From: Nitrospirota bacterium
Lineage (GTDB): Bacteria; Nitrospirota; UBA9217
NCBI GenBank assembly: GCA_029858565.1
Contig: JAOUEV010000005.1
Location: 1-64,000 of the forward strand
Reading direction: 5' to 3'
Length of the DNA stretch: 64,000 nt
The position numbers and the translations under genes were made by a program. The notes under the pieces were generated by a model. The model had not been told where the DNA came from. It worked only from the letters and a program-made list of their open reading frames with translations, and did no database searches. Every line of letters begins with the position of its first letter. The stretch's first letter is position 1. Below are positions 37,165-47,731 of the stretch, piece after piece.

Positions 37165-38445
37165 TCAGGGCGACCAGGCCGGCGAGGTATAGTTGGCGTC
37201 GTTCGGCGTCAAGCGTTCGATGTCCGTGCCGTCGGCGTTCATGATATAAATGCCGTACTTCCCGGACCGGTTGGAACTGAAGAGGATCTGCCTGCCTGAA
37301 GGGGACCACATGGGATTCTCGTCGCTGCCCGGACCGTCGGTGATGATGCGCATGTCCATGCCGTCGGGAGCGATCGTGGCGATCTTGAACTGCCCGCGCA
37401 CCTGCGATGCGAACACGATGCGGTCGCCGCGGGGCGACCAGTGGGGAGACGCGTTGTAGTTCCCGTCGAAGGTGATGCGGCGCACGTCGGAGCCATCCAC
37501 GCTCATGATATACAGCTGGGGCGTACCGCCCCTGCCCGAGGTGAACACGATCTCCCGTCCGTTGGGCGACCAGGCAGGCGAGACATTGTCCGCGATGCCG
37601 TAGGTGAGCCGCTCCAGATCGTTGCCGTCCCTGTTCAGGGTGTAGATCTCCGCTCCGCCGTCGCGGGACAGGGCGATGGCAAGCCGTTTGCCGTTCGGCG
37701 ACCAGGCAGGCGAGATGTTCAGCCCCTCGTGGCCCGAGATCTTCCAGCGCCGACCCGTCTCCATGTCCAGGCCGTACAGGTCCGGGTTCTTTTCCTTGTA
37801 GGAAACATAGGCCAGGATCTTGCCGTCGGGGCTCCATGCCGGGGACATGCAGATCGACCGGTCGGCGGTCAGCCGCTTGGGATTCAAGCCGTCGTAGTCC
37901 ATCACATAAAGTTCTTTGCGGCCGGTCTTGTCGGAAACAAAGGCGATGCGGGTCTTTGCGATCCCCCGTTCGCCGGTATATTGGGAAACGATCTCGTCTG
38001 CAAAGGTATGGGCCATGCGCCTGAGCAGTTCCCCGTTGCCGATGTACTCCCGGCTGGCCATGCGAAGGCCGGTTGCAGCGTCATAGAGCCTGCCGGTCAG
38101 CACAATATCTCCGCCCCGCCGCGACAGGCTTGCCCATGCCACACCCGACAGGCCAAAGGTCCCTCCGCGCTTGATCACCTCGGCAGGAGGCTCCTCCGCG
38201 GCGCTGTAGCGCAGGTCCAGCTTCTTCGGGTCCATGACATCGAAGATCTGGGAGCGCCTGAGGTCCGCCTGAAGCACATCACGTGCGAGCTTGCGCAGAT
38301 CCGGTGCCGAGAGGTCATCGAATACATCGAGCACCACGATGGGGATCTTCTTTGCCTCGCCCTTGATCACGCCAAGATAGAACTGGGCGGCTGCGGGAGC
38401 GGCAATGAGCAGAGACAGCAGTATGATTGAGAAAATGCGTTTCAT
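37165..38445 (-). CDS. tolB: Tol-Pal beta-propeller protein
   Basis: AHTFAD, RIAFVS, MDYDG, repeated SPAWSPxG. Confidence 0.94.
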   Translation of the reverse strand: MKRIFSIILLSLLIAAPAAAQFYLGVIKGEAKKIPIVVLDVFDDLSAPDLRKLARDVLQADLRRSQIFDVMDPKKLDLRYSAAEEPPAEVIKRGGTFGLSGVAWASLSRRGGDIVLTGRLYDAATGLRMASREYIGNGELLRRMAHTFADEIVSQYTGERGIAKTRIAFVSDKTGRKELYVMDYDGLNPKRLTADRSICMSPAWSPDGKILAYVSYKEKNPDLYGLDMETGRRWKISGHEGLNISPAWSPNGKRLAIALSRDGGAEIYTLNRDGNDLERLTYGIADNVSPAWSPNGREIVFTSGRGGTPQLYIMSVDGSDVRRITFDGNYNASPHWSPRGDRIVFASQVRGQFKIATIAPDGMDMRIITDGPGSDENPMWSPSGRQILFSSNRSGKYGIYIMNADGTDIERLTPNDANYTSPAWSP

Positions 38446-38460
38446 GGAATCGTTCTTTTA

Positions 38461-38580
38461 TGACGTCGTAATGCAGTCATAGGGCAGTCGTACTGCGGTC
38501 ATGATGCAGTCATAAAGCCGCCAGACTGCTTCTCGACCGCCTTTCGACTGCTCTTAGCGACTGCCTCATGACTGTTTCTC
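38461..38580. repeat. Inverted array of 11-bp repeats (GCAGTC / GACTGC)
   Basis: GCAGTCATAGG GCAGTCGTACT GCGGTCATGAT GCAGTCATAAA ... GACTGCTTCTC GACCGCCTTTC GACTGC... Confidence 0.8.
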
Positions 38581-38582
38581 GC

Positions 38583-39317
38583 CTATTCCTGTTCCATCAG
38601 ATCCACGCTGAAGGTCTCCTGCTCCTTGAAGAATCCCTCGGGCAGCGGGGGAAATGGGCTGGACGAGAGAATGGCGCGCATGGCAGCCTGGTCGAAGTAG
38701 AAGTTGCCGCTCGACGTCATCAGCTTCGCGTCGCCCACCCGTCCCGAGCGCAGGACCGAGAACAGGACCGTAACCTTAGCGCCCTTGACCCCGGGAGGCG
38801 GTGTCCAGTTCCGCTCCACCTTGTCCCGCAGGATCGCTACATAGGGCGGGAACGGGAACGCCTGCCCGCCGCTTGCCACAGCCACGGATACCGCTTCCTG
38901 GCGCTTGCCTGTTCCTTCGGGAGCGGCTGCAGGCTTGTCATCGGCGGCCTCTTTTCGTTTTCCCGTTTCAAGGTCCGGCATGGCGCTCTTTGGCGCGGGA
39001 GCAGCCTTGGCAGGGCCTGTTTTGGCTTTCGAAGCACCCGGCTTTGTCCGGGAAACGCGGGGAGCCGGCTTCTTCGGCGCGGCAGCCGGCTCAACCGGTG
39101 CGGTCTGCGGTTGTGCCGACGGCGGCAGCGACGTGTCAGCGGGAAGGTCCACCAGGTTCACCCGGTAAAAAGGCGGAACAACGACCCGCTGCCTGATCTG
39201 CTGGGTAAGGAAGAAGGCTCCGAAAAAAAAGATGATATGGATGAAAAAAGAAAAGAAGACAGCCGCCGTGAGTTCGCTTCCGGACTGGCCGATCCTCTTG
39301 CCGGTGAGCAGCCTCAT
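38583..39317 (-). CDS. tolA: TolA/TonB-family energy transducer
   Basis: SxxxH TM helix, Pro/Ala/Lys linker, NWTPP...SSGNFYFDQAA...PFPPLP. Confidence 0.85.
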   Translation of the reverse strand: MRLLTGKRIGQSGSELTAAVFFSFFIHIIFFFGAFFLTQQIRQRVVVPPFYRVNLVDLPADTSLPPSAQPQTAPVEPAAAPKKPAPRVSRTKPGASKAKTGPAKAAPAPKSAMPDLETGKRKEAADDKPAAAPEGTGKRQEAVSVAVASGGQAFPFPPYVAILRDKVERNWTPPPGVKGAKVTVLFSVLRSGRVGDAKLMTSSGNFYFDQAAMRAILSSSPFPPLPEGFFKEQETFSVDLMEQE

Positions 39318-39739
39318 TTGCCGCTGTCGCCTCCCGGCGGCACGGCCTCGGTGACCATCCCCAGCTTGTCGATCCCCGCGCGCTTCACCAGGTCCATGAC
39401 CTGCACGACGGCCCCGTAGGGAGCGTCCCTGTCCGCGCGGAGGTAGACATTCACCTGGGGTTTGCTCTTCCGGATCGCCCCCAGCACGCCGCCGAGCTGC
39501 TCGATGTCGACGCGCTCCTTCTCCACGAAGACCTCCCGGCCCTTGGTCACCGTGATCACGACGCGGTCCTCGGACTTGATCGTGTTCGCGCCCGACCGGG
39601 GCAGGTTCACGTCCAGCCCTCTGCTCATCATGGGCGAAATGATCATGTAGAAGAAGAGCACGACAAGCAGCACGTCGATGAGCGGCACCAGGTTCAGTTC
39701 GCGCATCACGTGGCTTTGCCGGCGCTGCGGTTTTCTCAT
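39314..39739 (-). CDS. tolR: TolR/ExbD protein
   Basis: NLVPLIDVLLV, LRADRDAPYG. Confidence 0.9.
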   Translation of the reverse strand: MRKPQRRQSHVMRELNLVPLIDVLLVVLFFYMIISPMMSRGLDVNLPRSGANTIKSEDRVVITVTKGREVFVEKERVDIEQLGGVLGAIRKSKPQVNVYLRADRDAPYGAVVQVMDLVKRAGIDKLGMVTEAVPPGGDSGK

Positions 39740-40458
39740 GACCGCTTCCTCAGATGGGTCCTGTTGATGAAGCTCAGAAGCTCGATGGAGAACGAATCCA
39801 TCCGCGTGCCGATATCGCGGATCTTCTCGGCAAAGAAATTATAGGCGATCACCGCCGGAATGGCCACGAACAGGCCGCCCGACGTGTTGATCAGCGCTTC
39901 GGCCAGGCCCGGCGCCAGCGCGCCAATGTCCCCGGAGCCCTTCAGCCCGATGCCGTAGAAAGCGTCCATGATGCCCCAGACCGTTCCGAAGAGGCCGAGG
40001 AGCGGTCCGACCGTGCCGGTCGTTCCGAGAAAGGCGAGGTAGCGTTCCATGTACATGACCTCGTCCTGCGTGGTCATATGCAGAGCCCGCTCGATCTCCT
40101 CGCTGATGCCCGGGATATCGCCCTCCGCCACCTTGCCGGCAGGAAGGGTCCGCACGATCGCCTCGGTCTCCCGGTAGCCTTCAAGGAACAGCGTCGCAAG
40201 AGGGCTGTATTTCATCACCTCGGCGCGCTTCAGCAGTTCCTGCACGTCCTTGGTCCTCCGGAACTCGACGAGAAAGGCCTTGGATTCCCGTTCCGCGCGC
40301 CGCAGATACTGGTACTTGAGCAGGATCATGGCCCAGGACACGATGGAGAAGCAGAGCAGGATGCCCATGATGACCTTGCCCATCCACCCCGCTTCCCAGA
40401 ACAGGCCGACGATCCCGGGCGCCATGCCGGGGGAAGCTGCTACCGCGAGTGCGAACAT
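39736..40458 (-). CDS. tolQ: TolQ/ExbB proton channel
   Basis: GLFGTVWGIM, APGLAEAL, VAIPAVIAYN. Confidence 0.92.
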   Translation of the reverse strand: MFALAVAASPGMAPGIVGLFWEAGWMGKVIMGILLCFSIVSWAMILLKYQYLRRAERESKAFLVEFRRTKDVQELLKRAEVMKYSPLATLFLEGYRETEAIVRTLPAGKVAEGDIPGISEEIERALHMTTQDEVMYMERYLAFLGTTGTVGPLLGLFGTVWGIMDAFYGIGLKGSGDIGALAPGLAEALINTSGGLFVAIPAVIAYNFFAEKIRDIGTRMDSFSIELLSFINRTHLRKRS

Positions 40459-40477
40459 GTGATACCTCCAAAGGATT

Positions 40478-40590
40478 CAGTGACAAGTGAGAGGAGACCG
40501 AGGAATCAGCGACAAGTGACGAGGGACAAGCGACAAGAAAAAGCGATCGCCTCTCCCTTGCTCGTCTCTGGTCACTCGTCGCTCGTCACG
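40478..40590. repeat. Inverted array of 7-bp repeats (GTGACAA/GCGACAA type)
   Basis: AGCGACA AGTGACG AGGGACA AGCGACA ... CTCGTCT CTGGTCA CTCGTCG CTCGTCA. Confidence 0.8.
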
Positions 40591-42517
40591 AGATTATTCC
40601 CAAGACCTTCCCCATCTCGCCCACATCATACCCGCCCATTTCCACGAGCTGGGCCCGGAACTCGCTGCTTTCACGGATGATCGCCAGCAGCGCCTGGAGC
40701 ATCGGCGTCTCATAGTATTCTTCGAGAATAGCGAGATCGTACCGTTCCTGCGCGACCGGGATGAAATCAAGCTCCAGCGCCTTGGCCGCGGACAGCACCG
40801 CGAGCCCGGTATCAGCGGCGCCGGACGATACCGCGGCAGCGACCGCCATATGGGTGAACTCTTCGTGATCATACCCTTTTACGTTCTTCGGGTCAATCCC
40901 TGATCGTTTGAGATAGAGGTCCGTCAGGAGCCGTGTGCCTGCCCCGGCCTGACGGTTCACGAACATCACGTCCTGACGAGCGAGATCTCCGAATCCGAGG
41001 ATGTTCTTCGGGTTCCCGGGCCGCACAATGAATCCCTGGGTACGGTGAACCAGGTTCACCAGCACGACCTTTTTGCCTGCAAGATGCTTACGGATATAGC
41101 TGACATTGTATTCACCGGTTTCCTCGTCCAGAAGGTGCGTGCCCGCCAGGTGCGCTTCCCCGCGCTTGAGCGCCAGCAGCCCGCCCAGGCTGCCGACATG
41201 CGCCGAGGAGAGCGACAGCCCGGGGTGGGTTTTCTTGAGGTGGTTCGCCAGCACATCCAGCGCGTTGTCATGGGACCCGATGCATACAATGGTGTTCGCG
41301 ATCTGATATTTCCTCCGCAGGAGCTCGACGACCACTTCGCTTCCTGCGGCAAGACCCTCGCTGTCAGCGGGAATGCGCACGACCCCATCGGCACGCACGA
41401 GCGACATGAGCGCTCCCGCGCCCCGGGTGACCGGCGTCGCTACGAGATTGCCCGACACGCTGCCGAGCTTCACCCGCAGGAACTCCTCGCTCCCGAGCGA
41501 TGACGCGACCTGCCGGGAAAGCCTGGCGACCAGCGTTTCCACCGGCGGAGTTGGACGACCCTGGAGTGAATACAATAGCGGCCGGACAAATAGATTGAAC
41601 GTAAGCGCGGCGGAAACCGGGTAGCCGGGGATGCCGATCACCGGTTTGCTCCCGACAACAGCGAGGATCACCGGCTTGCCCGGCTTGATGCCCACGCCGT
41701 GAACATGGACCGTGCCAAGCTCGGCAAGGATCGAAGCGGTGAAATCCTCCCTGCCTGCCGAGGAACCGGCATTGATCACCACTGCGTCGCACTCTTCGAG
41801 AGCATCGAGGATCGCCTGCCTAAGGAGCGCGGCGTCATCTTTCACGATCCTCTTCCTGACGCCCTCGCATCCGTTCTCCGAAACCATGGCAGCGAGCATG
41901 ATGGAGTTGAAGTCGATGATGTCCCCCCGCCTGAGCTCTTTGCCCGGCTCCACCAGTTCAGTGCCCGTGGGAATGACCGCGATCCTGGGCCGCTTCCTTA
42001 CCAGGACCATGGTATGGCCGCTTGCGATCATCGCAGCCATGTCCATGGGACGGACAACATGGTTCTCCGGAATGATCAACTCGGTCGCGACGATATCCTC
42101 GCCCACGAGCCGCACATGCTGCCAGGGAGTGGCCGCTGTCAGGATCTCGATGCCCCCGGGGACCTGTTCAACGTCCTCGATCATGATCACCCCGTCGAAT
42201 CCCTCGGGCATGGGATCGCCGGTGTCGACTGCCGCGGCCTGGTCCGGCACCTTCAACCGCTTGGGCCGTGTCTCGGTTGCTCCGAAGGTGTCGGGAAACT
42301 TGACGGCATAGCCGTCCATGGCAGCCGAGTGATAGAACGGCGACGACAGCTTCGCGATAACGGCTTCCGCGGTCACCCGCCCGAGCGCGTCCGCAACAGC
42401 GATCCGCTCTCCGGAAAGCGGCTTGCGCAACCCGGCAGCGTCCAGGGCGGCATCGTATCTGCTGATCGCTTCTTCTAGGGGCGTATTGGAGAGGAATTTT
42501 TTTTGTTTGAAGGACAT
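40586..42517 (-). CDS. moeA: MoeA fused to a PBP/LysR substrate-binding domain
   Basis: SAAMDGYAV, GSSAGRED, KPGKP, GIPGYPVS; GSHD...GSLGGL...NRQAGAGTR. Confidence 0.93.
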   Translation of the reverse strand: MSFKQKKFLSNTPLEEAISRYDAALDAAGLRKPLSGERIAVADALGRVTAEAVIAKLSSPFYHSAAMDGYAVKFPDTFGATETRPKRLKVPDQAAAVDTGDPMPEGFDGVIMIEDVEQVPGGIEILTAATPWQHVRLVGEDIVATELIIPENHVVRPMDMAAMIASGHTMVLVRKRPRIAVIPTGTELVEPGKELRRGDIIDFNSIMLAAMVSENGCEGVRKRIVKDDAALLRQAILDALEECDAVVINAGSSAGREDFTASILAELGTVHVHGVGIKPGKPVILAVVGSKPVIGIPGYPVSAALTFNLFVRPLLYSLQGRPTPPVETLVARLSRQVASSLGSEEFLRVKLGSVSGNLVATPVTRGAGALMSLVRADGVVRIPADSEGLAAGSEVVVELLRRKYQIANTIVCIGSHDNALDVLANHLKKTHPGLSLSSAHVGSLGGLLALKRGEAHLAGTHLLDEETGEYNVSYIRKHLAGKKVVLVNLVHRTQGFIVRPGNPKNILGFGDLARQDVMFVNRQAGAGTRLLTDLYLKRSGIDPKNVKGYDHEEFTHMAVAAAVSSGAADTGLAVLSAAKALELDFIPVAQERYDLAILEEYYETPMLQALLAIIRESSEFRAQLVEMGGYDVGEMGKVLGIIS

Positions 42518-42521
42518 AGCG

Positions 42522-43100
42522 TCATCCTTTGACGAGTATCTTCGCTCTGCTCATCCCCACCTTCGGCCCCCCGGCAACAGTGAAGCCGGCGCTCCGCGCG
42601 TGCCCGAGGATCTCCTCGAACCGATTTCGTGTCACATGCATCCGCGGTTCTGCATACAGCATCTTCCCGCCCGTTTTGAGAACTGATGCGACCTGACCGA
42701 AGAACCGGGGAATATCCTTCACCTCGTGCACCATCCAGAAAGCCAGGATAAAATCCACCGGCTGCGATAATGCAATATCATCGGCAGCACACAAAACCGT
42801 CTCGATTTGGCGGGATACTCCCGCACGGTAAGCACGTTTGCGGCAAAGGTCCAGCATCATCTGCTGCAGGTCGACCGCAAGGACTTTTCCGGCCGGCCCG
42901 ACCATCTTCGCCATGGCCACGGAGAAATACCCCATTCCGCAGCCGATGTCCGCCACGGTCATGCCTTCGCGAACATGCGCGCCGAGGATCTGCCGTGGGT
43001 CGTGAAGCCATTTCCTGAGCGGATTGTCGAAGGTCCAGGCCAGCCACCAGGGGCAGACATGCTCGTCGCGGGAAAGGAGTTTATCCGATATTCGTGACAT
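42522..43100 (-). CDS. Class I SAM-dependent methyltransferase
   Basis: HVCPWW, ADIGCGMGYF, AVDLQ, FWMVHE. Confidence 0.9.
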   Translation of the reverse strand: MSRISDKLLSRDEHVCPWWLAWTFDNPLRKWLHDPRQILGAHVREGMTVADIGCGMGYFSVAMAKMVGPAGKVLAVDLQQMMLDLCRKRAYRAGVSRQIETVLCAADDIALSQPVDFILAFWMVHEVKDIPRFFGQVASVLKTGGKMLYAEPRMHVTRNRFEEILGHARSAGFTVAGGPKVGMSRAKILVKG

Positions 43101-43131
43101 TTTTCTCGATCTTCCATTTCGAATTCCCCAT

Positions 43132-44418
43132 TCAGAAAAGTCTCACTTCCACTTCCTCGCCCGTTTCGATCCCGATGGCGTTCTTCGGGATGACGACCGT
43201 GCCGACAGCCTTGACCAGCGTACTGATCAGCCCGGAAGCGCCGAACACGGGCTTTGCCCAGAGCCCGTCGTCGCGCCGTTCGAGCATCACGCGCACATGG
43301 TCCTCGCGTCCCGGTGCGGACGGGACACTGCGGGAAAGCTTCGCTTTCACGACCTGGCCCAGATAGATGCCCGTGAGCGCGGGGTGCATCACTGCGCCGG
43401 TGAAGAGGGCGAGCACGGGCTTTACGAACAGTTCAAAACAGATTGCAACGGCAGCAGGATGGCCGGGCAGGCCGAATACGGGGATATGCTCGCCGCTGGT
43501 CCTGCGCTTTACGATGCCGACGATCAGCGGCTTGCCCGGCTTGATCGAGATGCCGTGCACCAGCACGCCGGGAGATCCGATGTCATTGATCACCTTTGCG
43601 GTGAAGTCCGCAGTGCCGACCGAGCTCCCTCCGGAAAAAAGAACGATGTGGCAGTCCGTCATAGCCGCGAGGAGCGTCGTCCTCAGACGATCCTCGTTGT
43701 CCGGGATAATGCCCATTCTCCGGGTCGTTCCGCCGGCAAGGGTGATGAGGCCCTCCAGATTGTAGGAATTGCTGTCCCTGATCTGTCCCGGTCCGGGAAG
43801 GGAGTCCGCGGAAACTATCTCATTTCCCGTGGAGATAATGGCGACGCGGGGCTTCTCGAACACCGGCACGGTCGCCACGCCGATGCTGGCCAAGATGCTC
43901 ATGTCCTGCGGCCGGAGCACCTGGCCCTTCGGGAGCACCCGTTCGCCCTTCTTCAGATCGTCTCCCGCCGAGATAACATGGTCCCGGGGACCCACTGGTT
44001 TGACGACCTCGATGGTCGCGGCGTCAACAGCCTGGACATGTTCGAACATCACAACCGCGTCCGCGGCCTGGGGCAGGGCTCCGCCGGTAGCGATCTTCAT
44101 GCACTCGCCTTTTCCGATCGTGCGGTCGGGCATCGTCCCCATAGGGATGTCGCCGATGACCGTCAGCAGCGCGGGGTGCGATTCGGCGGCGCCAAAGGTG
44201 TCGGCCGACCTGACGGCGTAGCCATCCATGGTGGATCTATCGAATTCGGGGTGATCGGAAGGAGAAAGGATATCGCGGGCAAGGACGCGGCCGAGGGTCT
44301 CGCGGAGCGGGATGTCCTCCGGGCGCAGGTCTGGAATGGCGAGATGCTCATCCAGCGCCTTGAGCGCTTCCTCGCGGGATACGACCCCGCTTCGGCCGAG
44401 CATGTCCTTGATGGTCAT
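43132..44418 (-). CDS. moeA: Molybdopterin molybdenumtransferase MoeA
   Basis: RSTMDGYAV, IATGGALP, STGNE, GGSSVG, KPGKP, GLPGHP. Confidence 0.95.
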   Translation of the reverse strand: MTIKDMLGRSGVVSREEALKALDEHLAIPDLRPEDIPLRETLGRVLARDILSPSDHPEFDRSTMDGYAVRSADTFGAAESHPALLTVIGDIPMGTMPDRTIGKGECMKIATGGALPQAADAVVMFEHVQAVDAATIEVVKPVGPRDHVISAGDDLKKGERVLPKGQVLRPQDMSILASIGVATVPVFEKPRVAIISTGNEIVSADSLPGPGQIRDSNSYNLEGLITLAGGTTRRMGIIPDNEDRLRTTLLAAMTDCHIVLFSGGSSVGTADFTAKVINDIGSPGVLVHGISIKPGKPLIVGIVKRRTSGEHIPVFGLPGHPAAVAICFELFVKPVLALFTGAVMHPALTGIYLGQVVKAKLSRSVPSAPGREDHVRVMLERRDDGLWAKPVFGASGLISTLVKAVGTVVIPKNAIGIETGEEVEVRLF

Positions 44419-44424
44419 AAAAAC

Positions 44425-45357
44425 TTACTTCCCCGCCGCCTTGGTCTTGATCCTGCGGATCACCGCGGCCGAGCGCATGCCGGCGACGGCGCCTTCGCCC
44501 GCCGCGGTCACTATCTGCATGCCGCCGCAGGTGCAGTCGCCTGCGGCGAACACTCCTTCGATGTTCATCTTCTGGTTGCGGTCCGTGAGCAGGCATCCGC
44601 GGTCGTCCGCCTGACCTCCGGAATTGACGATGAGGTCGTTGATCGGCGTTGAACCAAGTGCGATGAACACGCCTTCGAGCGCCACGACGCGCTCCGCGCC
44701 GTCCGTGGCTATCTTCAGACCGGTGACCAACTCGTCGCCCACGACCTGCTTGACCTCGGAGACCGGAAGGATCTCGATGTTCGCCTTTGCCGTGAGACGG
44801 GCCAGCGCGGAATCGACGATCTCCGGCTTCTTGTGGGGGATCAGCGTCACTTTGGACGCCAGTTCGGCGAGATGCAGCGCCTCATCGGCAGCCTCATTGT
44901 CCGCGCCGACCACGGCGACCTGCCGGCCGCGGAAAAAATTGCCGTCGCAGGTGGCGCAGTAGGATACGCCCTTTCCCAGGAACTCGCGGGCGCCGGGAAC
45001 CTTCAGTTTCTTGCGCGCCACGCCCACGGCAATGATCACCACATGGCCCTCATATACCTCGTCGCGGGTCTTCACCCGCTTGACCTCGCCCTTCAGCTCC
45101 ATCTCCACCACCTCGACCGGGAAAACGAGCTCGGCGCCGAACTTCTCCGCCTGTTTCTGCATGATCGCGGTGAGGTCGAAACCGCTGATCGCCTCGTAGC
45201 CGGGATAGTTCTCGATATCGGCGATCTTGGCGGTGTAGCCGCCGGGGAACTCCTTCTCGAGAATGACACATTTCTGACCCGCCCTTCCAAGATAGAGCGC
45301 GGCGGTGAGGCCCGCGGGACCGGAGCCGATAATGATTGCGTCATAGGACTTCGCCAT
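44425..45357 (-). CDS. trxB: Thioredoxin reductase-family protein
   Basis: GSGPAG, ENYPG, SYCATCDG, AAGD. Confidence 0.88.
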   Translation of the reverse strand: MAKSYDAIIIGSGPAGLTAALYLGRAGQKCVILEKEFPGGYTAKIADIENYPGYEAISGFDLTAIMQKQAEKFGAELVFPVEVVEMELKGEVKRVKTRDEVYEGHVVIIAVGVARKKLKVPGAREFLGKGVSYCATCDGNFFRGRQVAVVGADNEAADEALHLAELASKVTLIPHKKPEIVDSALARLTAKANIEILPVSEVKQVVGDELVTGLKIATDGAERVVALEGVFIALGSTPINDLIVNSGGQADDRGCLLTDRNQKMNIEGVFAAGDCTCGGMQIVTAAGEGAVAGMRSAAVIRRIKTKAAGK

Positions 45358-45500
45358 GAATGAACCCTCCTGTTCGTTGATCAGTTTTCATTGTATCCAA
45401 GCGCCCCGGGCAAGTCAACAACGGCCCGGTGGTGAAACAACAAAGGCATGTCCCCTGGAGAACATGCCTTTGCACGATCCGAACGACCGCCAGAGGACGC

Positions 45501-46295
45501 CTACTTCGAAACTTTCGCGTCCTCGACAATGACCTTGTAGAGATAGCCGGCGCCGAAATCCCGGTCCTTGGACATCGTCCCGGTGACCGTGACAACATCA
45601 TTGACCGCGGCCATGTCCTGCATCGTCACCACAAGATTATGGGTGCCCTTCTGCTGGTCACCGGTGCCGTCCTGGATATGGATCCAGTTCCTGCCCATGA
45701 TCCCCTCGGAGACCTTGACCACCTTGCCCTTGACCTTGACCGTCTTCTTGTTCAATTCGATGCGTTTGGCGTAGATGTCGGCGACCGTGTAGGCGTTCGC
45801 GCCCGCGGCCTTCTCGACCTTCACATTCGCGTCCTTCGGTGCGGTCTGCGATTTGCTGCCCGCTGCGCTCGCGGCCCCGGAATTGACGGGCGGATGTCCC
45901 GACGGCATGGACGGGCTTGCTGCCGCGGGCTCGGCGGCAATGGGTCCTGCCGAGAATATGATCTCGTCAAAAGTGCGGTTCAAGGTCTTGCTCTTGAAAT
46001 TAGCCATGGTCTGGCCTGGCTGGAAGGACATCTCCTTGCCCACCGTCACCTTGGACTCGGGAATGGCGATCCAGGTCTTTTTGCCGGCCTTTTCAAGACA
46101 CACATAGGTATACCCGCCGGCGTTCATGGATTCAACCACCTTGCCGGAAAGCCCGGACGGGGCGATCGACACCTTTTCGGTCTTTACCGACGGGGTCTTG
46201 GCAGCAGGCGCGGCTGTCTGCTTTTCCGGTGCTGCGCCGGCGCTGTGCGCACCCGTCACGATCATAATGCAGAACAGAACAAGGAACCTTTTCAT
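45501..46295 (-). CDS. Secreted two-OB-fold protein (NrfJ-related)
   Basis: Signal peptide, GGYTY, MPSGHP, IMGRNWIHIQDG, RDFGAGY. Confidence 0.8.
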   Translation of the reverse strand: MKRFLVLFCIMIVTGAHSAGAAPEKQTAAPAAKTPSVKTEKVSIAPSGLSGKVVESMNAGGYTYVCLEKAGKKTWIAIPESKVTVGKEMSFQPGQTMANFKSKTLNRTFDEIIFSAGPIAAEPAAASPSMPSGHPPVNSGAASAAGSKSQTAPKDANVKVEKAAGANAYTVADIYAKRIELNKKTVKVKGKVVKVSEGIMGRNWIHIQDGTGDQQKGTHNLVVTMQDMAAVNDVVTVTGTMSKDRDFGAGYLYKVIVEDAKVSK

Positions 46296-46339
46296 CAGAA
46301 CACTTCCTCCTGGAATGTAGGGGTGGTTGACGTTGGATA

Positions 46340-46822
46340 TTACAGCTTATACCCGATCTTCCGCAAGAATTCTTTTCGTTCACCCCGGTCCGCGTCTGTC
46401 TCCACGCCTTTTGGCGGGAATCCGTCCACCACGCCGAGGACCCCCCTGCCCTGTCCGGTACTTGCAACGATCACCTCGAGCGGATTTGCCGTTGCGCAGA
46501 AGATCCTGCAGACCTCGGGGCAAGCCTTGATCTGGTTCAGGACGTTCACGGGAAAAGCGTTCCGCAGATAAACGCAGAACACATGGCCCGCGCCGATCGC
46601 CTCGAGCGCGCTGGCCGCAGCCGTCCGCAGTTCACCGTCATTTCCCTCGACGCGGACCAGACAGGGGCCCGACGCTTCGGTGAACGCGACGCCGAACTTA
46701 GCACCCGGGACCGCACCGGCAATGACCTCATAGAGGTCCTCGACGGTCTTGATGAAATGGGTCTGGCCGAGAATGATGTTGCTGCCTTCGGGGACCGGCA
46801 CGGGGATCACGGCGATATCCAT
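46340..46822 (-). CDS. Adenosine-specific kinase family (DUF355)
   Basis: [34 protein letters not shown]. Confidence 0.9.
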   Translation of the reverse strand: MDIAVIPVPVPEGSNIILGQTHFIKTVEDLYEVIAGAVPGAKFGVAFTEASGPCLVRVEGNDGELRTAAASALEAIGAGHVFCVYLRNAFPVNVLNQIKACPEVCRIFCATANPLEVIVASTGQGRGVLGVVDGFPPKGVETDADRGERKEFLRKIGYKL

Positions 46823-46909
46823 GGCGCCTCCTGAACTGATCACGGATGGTGACGCATCAAGTATACCACGATTGGTGAGCGCGAAGGAGGCTGGGGAAGA
46901 TGCTGCGGA

Positions 46910-47596
46910 TTACAGGGGGCTTCGCTGGAGTACCGAGGCTTCGATGCCGTTCTCGAACAGATCAAGGGTCCTGGCTATGGACTCGAAGTGAAGCTTGTTG
47001 AGATGGTCACGGTCCATGGCGCGTTTCCGCTTCTTGTTCAGGAACGACAGGAATACCACGCTCTTGTAAATGCGTTTGTTCGTCTTGAACGAGAACAGGT
47101 ACCGATCGAGGGCGCTTTCCATGAACAGGTCGTTTCGCCGCTGGACCGCCTTGCTGAAAGTGACGGACTGGACCCAGTAGGTCTTCTTGATCATGCTGTC
47201 AGCCTTCAGTTCGGCCCAGGTGTGCTCCATGTTCTGCATGTCCTCGGTCAGGATCTCATGCGCGACCGTGTCCGCGGCAAGGTGGCTCAGATAACCGTAG
47301 GCAAAGGCCTTTTCCGCGTCGGTCTCCGCCTGACTCAACAATCGGAGCGCCACTTCCCAGCTGTGAGAGCTCTTGTCCTCGGGCAGGTACTTCTTCCCGA
47401 TGATACTGTCCGCCATGAGGTTCCCGTAGAGGAAGTCCTGTCGGTACTTCTTGATCAGCGCGTAGATACCGGCAGGAATGAGCGGGCCGTAGGAGAACAG
47501 CTCGTTCCCCAGATACATATGGGTCAGGGGACCCCAGGCAAAGGAAAGTGAAGGGACCAGCAGGAGACCAAGGATGTATAGGAGAATGAATGTCAT
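46910..47596 (-). CDS. Zinc-dependent phospholipase C family protein
   Basis: AWGPLTH, HSW, GYLSHLAADTVAH. Confidence 0.85.
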   Translation of the reverse strand: MTFILLYILGLLLVPSLSFAWGPLTHMYLGNELFSYGPLIPAGIYALIKKYRQDFLYGNLMADSIIGKKYLPEDKSSHSWEVALRLLSQAETDAEKAFAYGYLSHLAADTVAHEILTEDMQNMEHTWAELKADSMIKKTYWVQSVTFSKAVQRRNDLFMESALDRYLFSFKTNKRIYKSVVFLSFLNKKRKRAMDRDHLNKLHFESIARTLDLFENGIEASVLQRSPL

Positions 47597-47731
47597 GAGT
47601 GTATTGCCGTGAGCCGGGATAACCTATGATGAATGCGTGAGAACTTGCTCGGGCCTCTATCGACCAGACAATTCATGTTACATCTCTGCTGCGCCCCGGT
47701 CAAGAAAAAATGGCCTGTCTGCGGGTAAAAC

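Noticed and set aside
38461-38580. Repeat arrays as mini-CRISPR
   Set aside because: Units are 7-11 bp with no unique spacers, and there are no cas genes.
43024-44652. Long plus-strand ORFs here and at 3805-4971, 26310-27677, 32416-33816, 45429-46571, 47753-49117 and 59788-61380
   Set aside because: All lie antisense to well-supported genes and lack recognisable domains.
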